From a bacterium (GTDB lineage: Bacteria > Patescibacteriota > Patescibacteriia > UBA2196), in assembly GCA_035388785.1 (NCBI GenBank), contig DAOOQN010000004.1, positions 4,318 to 68,317 on the forward strand: a stretch of 64,000 nucleotides of DNA. Direction: 5' to 3'. Every line of letters starts with the position of its first letter. Positions within the stretch are counted from its first letter, which is position 1. Shown in pieces: positions 57,613 to 64,000 of this stretch. The position numbers and the translations under genes were made by a program. The notes under the pieces are model-generated. The model was not told the origin of the DNA, ran no database searches, and worked only from the letters and a program-made list of their open reading frames with translations.

Positions 57613-58695
57613 ATGTCCACAATTTTAATTTTAAATATTGGTTCCACTTCATTTAAGTATGAATTTTTTAATGCAGGCAATTTAGCCTCGATGCATAAAG
57701 GCGAGTTTAAAATAGCAGAACACAATAAAGATGACTGGGAAGAAAATATCAAACATCTCTTTCGCAATATGGTTAGAGAAATTGGTAACCTTGATGAACT
57801 GGTGGCTATTGGTCATCGTGTGGTGCATGGTGGCGATAAATTTAAAACTACGCGAAAAATAACAGCTCAAGAAATTTTTGAATTAGAACAATGTAATAGT
57901 TTGGCTCCTTTACATAATCCATATAATTTGGCTGGTATTAAGGCCGCTTTAGAATATTTTCCAGAAGTTGCAAACTATGCTGTTTTTGATACAGCCTTTT
58001 TTAGTACTCTACCTACGGCGGCCAAAATTTATCCCATTCCTTATCAATATTTTGAAGAATTTGGTATAAAAAAATATGGCTTTCACGGTATTTCCCATCA
58101 TTATGCTTTAGAAGAAAGTGCTCGTTTAATTAAAAAACCAGTTGCAGAGATTAATGTTATTACTGTGCATTTGGGTGGTGGTTGTTCTGTGGCAGCCGTA
58201 CGTCAAGGCCAGCCCATTGATACTTCCATGGGTTACACTCCGCTTGAAGGTTTAATGATGCAAACCAGAAGCGGAGATCTTGACCCTGGTGTTATAATGC
58301 AAATACTTAATAATTTATCAGTCACACACCCCACTGCAGATAAATTATTAGAAAAATTAAATCAAGTTTTAAATTTTGAATCGGGCTTAAAAGGCATTGC
58401 TGGAAAAGATGATTATCTGGAACTTTTACAAGCTGTGGAATGGGGTGAAGAACAGGCAGTTTTGGCATTTGAAATGTTTACTAATCGTATTAAAAAATAT
58501 ATTGGTGCCTATCTGTTTTTACTTGATCATGTTGATGCCATAGCTTTTACTGGAAAAATCGGGGCTGGTAATCCTGTGACGCGCAAAAAAATTTGTGCTA
58601 AAATGAATTTATTAAAAGATATTCCTATTTTGAGCATTGAACCGCATGAAGAATTAGCTATGGCTAGAGAAGTGACAGAAAAATTAAATTTTTAG
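57613..58695 (+). CDS. ackA: Acetate/propionate kinase
   Basis: 360 aa. The N-terminal ILILNIGSTSFKY block and the ASKHA-fold motifs are present. Confidence 0.85.
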   Translation: MSTILILNIGSTSFKYEFFNAGNLASMHKGEFKIAEHNKDDWEENIKHLFRNMVREIGNLDELVAIGHRVVHGGDKFKTTRKITAQEIFELEQCNSLAPLHNPYNLAGIKAALEYFPEVANYAVFDTAFFSTLPTAAKIYPIPYQYFEEFGIKKYGFHGISHHYALEESARLIKKPVAEINVITVHLGGGCSVAAVRQGQPIDTSMGYTPLEGLMMQTRSGDLDPGVIMQILNNLSVTHPTADKLLEKLNQVLNFESGLKGIAGKDDYLELLQAVEWGEEQAVLAFEMFTNRIKKYIGAYLFLLDHVDAIAFTGKIGAGNPVTRKKICAKMNLLKDIPILSIEPHEELAMAREVTEKLNF

Positions 58696-58698
58696 TTT

Positions 58699-60441
58699 AT
58701 GGATCATTTAACCATAAAAATAGTTGGTCCAGCCGGCTTTGGTATCAAGGTTACAGGCATGATGCTGGCTAAACACTTTTTAAGAAGTGACTGTTTTGTG
58801 TTTGCCTACACCGAATATCCATCCTTAATTCGTGGCGGACATAATACTTTTCAAGTTGATATAGCAAAAAAAGAAATTAATTCCGCAGCTGAAAAATGTG
58901 ATATTTTAATTGCTTTAAACAAAGACAGTTTAATTAAAGAATTAAAAAATATAAACACTAGTGGTCTAATTATTTATGATGAACAAATAGAAATTGATTT
59001 TTCTTTGCCAAACAAAATAAATCTTTTACCGTCACCTTTAATGGAGATAGCTAAAAATAACGGTGGTGAATTAATGAAAAATACAGTTGCCCTTGGGATA
59101 TTACTAGGAGCTTTAAATTTATCTTTAGAAAATTTGAATAAAATTTTAACAGAAACTTTTGGACACAAAGGCGCAATAGCAGAACAAAACAAAAAGGCTG
59201 TTCAAGCTGGTCTTGAGTGGATAAAAAATAATCCAATTAATTCAAAAATTGCAGCACAATATATAATGACGGTAAATAATAACAAGAGTTTTAAACAAGA
59301 TAATTTATTTATCTCTGGCAATCAGGCTTGTGCTTTGGGAGCCATAGCCGCTGGTTGTCAGCTTTATTCAGCCTATCCCATGACTCCAGCCAGTGAAATT
59401 TTGCATTATTTGGTCGCTAAACAGCAGGCAAGCGGTATGGTGGTCCATCAGCCAGAAGATGAAATTGCGGCCGTCCACGTGGCTCTAGGGGCTTCATTTA
59501 CGGGCTCCAGGGCTGCCTGTGGCACTTCTGGAGGTGGTTTTGCTCTTATGAATGAGGGTCTATCGCTGGCTGGTATGTTAGAGTTGCCAATAGTTATTTT
59601 TGAAGTTATGCGTCCAGCGCCAGCCACTGGTTTACCCACCTGGACCGAACAGGGAGATTTAATGTATGTGGTTCACGCTGGTCATGGTGATTTTCCACGT
59701 CTTGTCTTGGCCCCTGGAAATCCAACTGAATGTTTTTTATTAACTCAGCAAGCTTTTAATCTGGCTGATAAATATCAAATTCCAGTTATTGTTTTATCTG
59801 ATAAATTTTTGGGTGAATCAACTTATACAACAAGCAAAAAATTATTTTCAAAAATAGAAAAGAAGGCACGAGGAAAAATTTTAATAGTTAATCAAAATCA
59901 ATTGGCCGAAAACCAAACTTTGTTTGCGCGTTATAAAAACGAAAAAGACAATGTTTCACCACGTCCCATCCCCGGAGTTTTAAATGGAGAATATATTGCC
60001 AATTCTGATGAGCATGACGAATTTGGTTTAACCAACGAGTCAACTGTCTGTCGCAATGAGCAGATGAAAAGAAGAATGGGTAAAACATTAAATTTAAAAA
60101 AAGAAATTCCTTTACCAACTTTATATGGTCCAAAAAGCGCTAATCTAACTTTAGTTTGTTGGGGTTCAATGTTAGGTCCAAGTTTAGATGCCTTGAATGA
60201 AATTAATAAAGACAAAAAACAAATTAATTTAATTCATTTTAGTTATGTTTGGCCGCTACCCTTGGGTTTGGATAAATTTTTAAAACAATTTAGTAAATTA
60301 ATTTTAATAGAAAATAATTTTTCCGCTCAACTTGGTATTTTAATTCGTCAAGAAACTGGCACTGAAATAAAAGATAAAATTTTAAAATATGATGGTCGTC
60401 CACTTTGGAAAGAAGAAATAATAAAAACCGTTAAAAAATAA
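58699..60441 (+). CDS. 2-oxoacid:ferredoxin oxidoreductase, fused gamma-alpha subunit
   Basis: 580 aa. An N-terminal gamma-type domain (IKIVGPAGFGIKVTG ... RGGHNTFQVDI) is followed by an alpha domain (ISGNQACALGAIAAG ... PMTPASEI). Confidence 0.85.
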   Translation: MDHLTIKIVGPAGFGIKVTGMMLAKHFLRSDCFVFAYTEYPSLIRGGHNTFQVDIAKKEINSAAEKCDILIALNKDSLIKELKNINTSGLIIYDEQIEIDFSLPNKINLLPSPLMEIAKNNGGELMKNTVALGILLGALNLSLENLNKILTETFGHKGAIAEQNKKAVQAGLEWIKNNPINSKIAAQYIMTVNNNKSFKQDNLFISGNQACALGAIAAGCQLYSAYPMTPASEILHYLVAKQQASGMVVHQPEDEIAAVHVALGASFTGSRAACGTSGGGFALMNEGLSLAGMLELPIVIFEVMRPAPATGLPTWTEQGDLMYVVHAGHGDFPRLVLAPGNPTECFLLTQQAFNLADKYQIPVIVLSDKFLGESTYTTSKKLFSKIEKKARGKILIVNQNQLAENQTLFARYKNEKDNVSPRPIPGVLNGEYIANSDEHDEFGLTNESTVCRNEQMKRRMGKTLNLKKEIPLPTLYGPKSANLTLVCWGSMLGPSLDALNEINKDKKQINLIHFSYVWPLPLGLDKFLKQFSKLILIENNFSAQLGILIRQETGTEIKDKILKYDGRPLWKEEIIKTVKK

Positions 60442-60444
60442 ATT

Positions 60445-61287
60445 ATGTCGGATTTAAATAAAATAACTCTTGGATCTTTTAATACCAACTATCAGCCCAC
60501 CTGGTGTCCGGGTTGTGGTGATTTTGGTATTTGGACAGCCTTAAAAATGGCTTTGGTTGATTTACAAATTCCAACCCATCAGTTAGCCATTGTCTATGGT
60601 ATTGGTTGTGGTGGCAATATGGCTTCAACTATAAAATGCTATGCTTTTCATTCTTTACACGGTCGAACTCTACCAGTTGCTTTAGGTATTAAATTGGCTA
60701 ATAAAAACTTAACAGTCATTGCTGTTGCTGGTGACGGAGATCAATACAGTGAAGGCACCAACCATTTAATTCATCTGGCACGTTATAATGCCAATTTGAC
60801 TTTAATTGTTTGTAATAATCAGCTTTTTTCTTTAACCACTGGCCAAACTTCGCCTACTTCTGATGAAGGAATTATTTCTAAAACGACTCCCAAAGGCGAA
60901 GTAAAACAGCCACTTGACCCCTTGGCGTTATCACTAATTTCTGGTGCTACTTTTGTGGCGCGCGGCGCAGCTTTTGAAATCCAGGCCCTAAAAGAATTGA
61001 TCAAAAAAGCCATTTTACATCAGGGTTTTTCTCATCTTGATGTTTTGCAACAATGTGTAACTTTTAATAAAGTTAATACTATTGAGTGGTATAAGCAGAA
61101 AATATATTCTCTGGAACAAGCCGGGCACAAAACAGATGATTTTAAAATGGCCGTGGAAAAAAGTAGAGAACACACAAAATTACCATTGGGAATTTTTTAT
61201 GAAGTTAAGCAACCAACCTATGAAGAAGAAATATCCAATGCTCCAATGGCTTTTGATTTTAAAAAAGCTCTAATGGAATTTATTTAA
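60445..61287 (+). CDS. 2-oxoacid:ferredoxin oxidoreductase beta subunit (TPP-binding)
   Basis: 280 aa. The blocks WCPGCGDFG and GDGD are present. Confidence 0.85.
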   Translation: MSDLNKITLGSFNTNYQPTWCPGCGDFGIWTALKMALVDLQIPTHQLAIVYGIGCGGNMASTIKCYAFHSLHGRTLPVALGIKLANKNLTVIAVAGDGDQYSEGTNHLIHLARYNANLTLIVCNNQLFSLTTGQTSPTSDEGIISKTTPKGEVKQPLDPLALSLISGATFVARGAAFEIQALKELIKKAILHQGFSHLDVLQQCVTFNKVNTIEWYKQKIYSLEQAGHKTDDFKMAVEKSREHTKLPLGIFYEVKQPTYEEEISNAPMAFDFKKALMEFI

Positions 61288-61297
61288 TTTTTATAAA

Positions 61298-63070
61298 GTG
61301 AAAGATAAAATTTTAATCCATCAAAAAAGATGGCGTCTAAAGTCGCCGTGCCCCAGTGAGTTTATTGAAAATTTTCCCGCCTACAGTGGGATTATTTTGC
61401 AATTACTCTACGATCGCGGTTTAGATACGCAAGAAAAAATTGATGATTTTTTTAATCCAGATTATAGCCAAGGAATTCATGATCCATTTTTGTTTTTAGA
61501 TATGCGCAAGGCCGTGGCTCGTATTGAAACTGCTATAAAAAATAAAGAAAAAATATTAATTCATGGTGACTATGATGCTGATGGGGTAACTGCTACGGTG
61601 GTTTTAGAAAAGACATTGAGCAAATTGGGTGCTATTGGTGTTGATTTTTTTATTCCACACCGCGATCTTGATGGTTATGGTTTAAATTTAAAAAACGCAG
61701 AAAATTTTGTTGCCCAAGGAATAAATTTAGTTATTACTGTTGATTGTGGTATCACAAATTTTGAAGCCATAAAATTTTTAAAGGAAAAAAATATCGACAC
61801 CATAATCGTTGATCATCATTTAGAATTGGAAAATTTGCCAGATGCCTATGCTATTTTAAATTGTTCTTTAAAGAGGGAAGCTTATCCTTATAAAAAATTA
61901 GCTGGCGTGGGAATGGTTTTTAAATTAGCTCAGGCACTTTTTTTACAACAAAAAAATTCTGAGCAATATGCGGCTTTTGAAAAATGGTTATTGGATTTGG
62001 TGGCCATTGGTACCATTGGTGATGTCTCGCCAATTTTGGGTGAAAATAGAACTTTGGTCAAATACGGCTTAATGGTTTTAAATAAAACGCCACGCAAAGG
62101 GTTACAAGAATTGATTTGTATTGCCAGTCTTTCTAGCGGTGAAGAATTAAAGGGTTTGCCCCTGGGTAGTGATTTATACAATTTAAATGTTCGCAATATA
62201 AGTTTTCAGATTGTACCACGTTTAAATGCGGCTGGTCGTATCGATCATGCCAGTTTGGCATACAATCTTTTGACCACAGAAGATGAGATGACTGCTATTG
62301 CTTTAGCACAAGATATTCAAAATAAAAACATTAAACGGCAAAAAATTGCTGAGCAAATGCTCATAGAGGCTAAAAAACAGTTTGATAAAGTGAGTGATAA
62401 AAATAAAATATTAATTGCTTGCCAAGAAAATTGGACACCTGGTTTGGTTGGCTTGGTAGCTGGTAAATTAAAAGATGAATTTTTTAGACCAGTAATTCTG
62501 TTTGCTCATCAAAAAGACACCTACATTGGTTCGGGACGCAGTATTGTCGAGTTTAATATTACTGAAGCTCTACAGAGCACTAGTGCTTTACTGGAACGTT
62601 TTGGTGGCCATTCACAAGCCTGTGGATTATCAATTAAGGGTGAAAAAAACTATCAAGATTTTTTAAAAAAAATAACTTTAGAAGCAGAAAAAAAACTAAA
62701 AAATACAGATTTAAAACCAGCCATTGACATTGATATGGAAATAAAATTAGCTGACTTAAACTGGGAACTCTATGATCAACTGGAACAGTTTGAACCTTTT
62801 GCTGAGGCTAACCCCATGCCACTATTTTTAATTAAAAAATTAAAAATAGAACAAATAGAGTCGGTTGGAAAAGACAGTAAACATTTGCGTTTTTATTTTT
62901 CACAAAATAATTTGAGTCGCAAAGCCATTTCTTTTGGCACAGCTGAAGAGTGGGGAAGTGTTTTAAAAATTGGTGATTTAATTGATGCGGTGGTAGAATT
63001 TGGAATTAACGAATGGAATGGAAATCGTGAATTACAATTAAAAGTTGTAGATATAAAATTAAGTTCCTGA
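61298..63070 (+). CDS. recJ: Single-stranded-DNA-specific exonuclease RecJ
   Basis: 590 aa. The DHH motifs are present (HGDYDADGVTAT, TVDCGI, IVDHH), followed by a DHHA1 domain. The start codon is a GTG. Confidence 0.8.
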   Translation: MKDKILIHQKRWRLKSPCPSEFIENFPAYSGIILQLLYDRGLDTQEKIDDFFNPDYSQGIHDPFLFLDMRKAVARIETAIKNKEKILIHGDYDADGVTATVVLEKTLSKLGAIGVDFFIPHRDLDGYGLNLKNAENFVAQGINLVITVDCGITNFEAIKFLKEKNIDTIIVDHHLELENLPDAYAILNCSLKREAYPYKKLAGVGMVFKLAQALFLQQKNSEQYAAFEKWLLDLVAIGTIGDVSPILGENRTLVKYGLMVLNKTPRKGLQELICIASLSSGEELKGLPLGSDLYNLNVRNISFQIVPRLNAAGRIDHASLAYNLLTTEDEMTAIALAQDIQNKNIKRQKIAEQMLIEAKKQFDKVSDKNKILIACQENWTPGLVGLVAGKLKDEFFRPVILFAHQKDTYIGSGRSIVEFNITEALQSTSALLERFGGHSQACGLSIKGEKNYQDFLKKITLEAEKKLKNTDLKPAIDIDMEIKLADLNWELYDQLEQFEPFAEANPMPLFLIKKLKIEQIESVGKDSKHLRFYFSQNNLSRKAISFGTAEEWGSVLKIGDLIDAVVEFGINEWNGNRELQLKVVDIKLSS

Positions 63071-63075
63071 TTTTT

Positions 63076-63498
63076 GTGCCTAAAAAAATTATAGCTTTTA
63101 CTGATGGTGGAGCCAGAAACAACCCAGGACCAGCCGGCATTGGGGTGGTATTTTTTGTTGCAGAAAATTTAACCAAACCATTGGCAACCTATAAAAAATA
63201 CATTGGTTCCACCACTAATAACCAAGCCGAGTATAAAGCTGTAGTCTTGGCTTTAGAAGAAGCCAAAAAATTAAAAGTCCAAGAAATTGAAGTGAGGCTC
63301 GATTCAGAGCTAGTTTGCAATCAAATTAATGGTCAATTTAAATTAAAAAATAAAGATTTCCAGGATAGTTTTATTAAAATTTGGAATTTAAGGCAAAGCT
63401 TTAAAAAATCAATTTTTAAATATATTCCACGCGAACAAAACAAATTAGCTGATAAATTAGTTAACCAAGCTATTGATGCAGCCAGCTTAAATTATTGA
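63076..63498 (+). CDS. rnhA: Ribonuclease HI
   Basis: 140 aa. The block FTDGGARNNPGPAGIGVV ... TNNQAEYKAVVLALE is present. The start codon is a GTG. Confidence 0.75.
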   Translation: MPKKIIAFTDGGARNNPGPAGIGVVFFVAENLTKPLATYKKYIGSTTNNQAEYKAVVLALEEAKKLKVQEIEVRLDSELVCNQINGQFKLKNKDFQDSFIKIWNLRQSFKKSIFKYIPREQNKLADKLVNQAIDAASLNY

Positions 63499-63547
63499 CA
63501 AAAAAAAATATCCACTGTATTCTATACATATTATATTTTTTATTTAT

Positions 63548-64000
63548 ATGCTAGGCAAACAAACTTACATCACCCTTGAGGGTTTAGAAAAACTCAAACA
63601 AGAACTCTTGACCTTAAAAAATATCAAACGTAAAGACGTTCTTGAACGTATCCAAATTGCCAAAGAATATGGTGATTTATCTGAAAATGCCGAATATGCT
63701 GACGCCAGAGACGAACAAGCTTTTATTGAAGGACGTATCGCCGAACTGGAAGAATTCATGAAAAACGCCATTATTATTAAAGAACAAAGTAAAAACATTA
63801 GTGTTAATATTGGCAGCGTGGTAAAAATAAAAGACAAAAGTAATAAAACAGTTAAAGAATATGAAATTGTTGGTTCACAAGAATCTGATCCTCTGTCTGG
63901 TAAAATATCTAACGAATCGCCTTTGGGTAAAGCTTTTCTGGGACACAAAGTTGGCGAAGTTGTGTCAGTTAGTTTACCAAAAGGTGTGATAGAATATGAA
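63548..64000 (+). CDS. greA: Transcription elongation factor GreA (partial, runs off the window end)
   Basis: Manual translation gives MLGKQTYITLEGLEKLKQELLTLKN ... EYGDLSENAEYADARDEQAFIEGRIAELE, the GreA N-terminal coiled coil. The track ORF 63565-63948 on the minus strand is antisense to this gene. Confidence 0.8.
   Translation, partial: MLGKQTYITLEGLEKLKQELLTLKNIKRKDVLERIQIAKEYGDLSENAEYADARDEQAFIEGRIAELEEFMKNAIIIKEQSKNISVNIGSVVKIKDKSNKTVKEYEIVGSQESDPLSGKISNESPLGKAFLGHKVGEVVSVSLPKGVIEYE

Noticed and set aside
63565-63948. Track ORF on the minus strand (127 aa)
   Set aside because: It is antisense to a clear + strand GreA N-terminal coding sequence, MLGKQTYITLEGLEKL..., starting at 63548. 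Its product is low-complexity with no motifs.
1-64000. CRISPR arrays, rRNA genes, transposases, integrases, phage genes
   Set aside because: I found no direct-repeat arrays with regular spacers, no rRNA-like GC-rich blocks, and no ORFs with DDE, tyrosine-recombinase or phage-structural signatures.

Overview
This window is a dense, low-GC (~30-35%) bacterial chromosomal segment, mostly housekeeping genes with 0-30 nt spacers between them. The gene content suggests a reduced-genome, fermentative bacterium, possibly of the Patescibacteria/CPR type; this is inferred from the sequence only. Stop codons are mostly TAA, consistent with the standard bacterial code.

The genes I can support fall into these groups:
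- Replication and repair: dnaE, recJ, rnhA, rarA.
- Translation: rplY, rpmE, rpsB, tsf, prfA-prmC, valS, a pseudouridine synthase, tsaB-like, mnmA, queH.
- Protein export: secA, and a secD-secF pair in which secD carries an embedded parvulin-type PPIase domain.
- Heat shock: a CIRCE-controlled hrcA-grpE-hsp20-(Zn ribbon)-dnaK-(DUF3467)-dnaJ block.
- Cell shape and wall: ftsW/rodA, mreBCD, a class B PBP, a PSP1/RicT protein.
- Carbohydrate genes: GH1 beta-glucosidase, a GH5-like hydrolase, a GT4 glycosyltransferase, a processive GT2 synthase with a QxxRW motif.
- Fermentative ATP module: pduL-like phosphotransacylase, acetate kinase, and a two-subunit 2-oxoacid:ferredoxin oxidoreductase.
- RNA gene: one tRNA-Pro(CGG).

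The most unusual content is a pair of paralogous membrane-anchored P-loop ATPase modules of the HerA/FtsK/TraD-VirD4 superfamily. One is a single fused 856-aa protein (26676-29246) followed by a wHTH plus degenerate-nucleotidyltransferase protein. The other is split into two genes (35090-36502 and 36512-38458) and has a C-terminal zinc-ribbon extension. Each ATPase is preceded by the same uncharacterised ~400-aa TM-anchored domain, and no other T4SS or relaxase genes are present. I regard this as a candidate for an undescribed translocation system, possibly linked to the two tandem type IV pilin-like genes at 7208-8238.

Other points worth a second look:
- A ~450-bp island at ~50% GC encoding a small secreted protein, directly next to tRNA-Pro.
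- A 45-aa Cys-rich, metallothionein-like ORF with an upstream inverted repeat.
- A three-hairpin GC-rich intergenic RNA-like element upstream of the fermentation operon.
- A small sigma-region-4 plus HARE-HTH protein.
- A GC-rich hairpin cassette embedded in frame in valS.

I found no CRISPR arrays, rRNA genes or recognisable transposases. All calls rest on reading motifs in the supplied translations and sequence. I ran no database searches.
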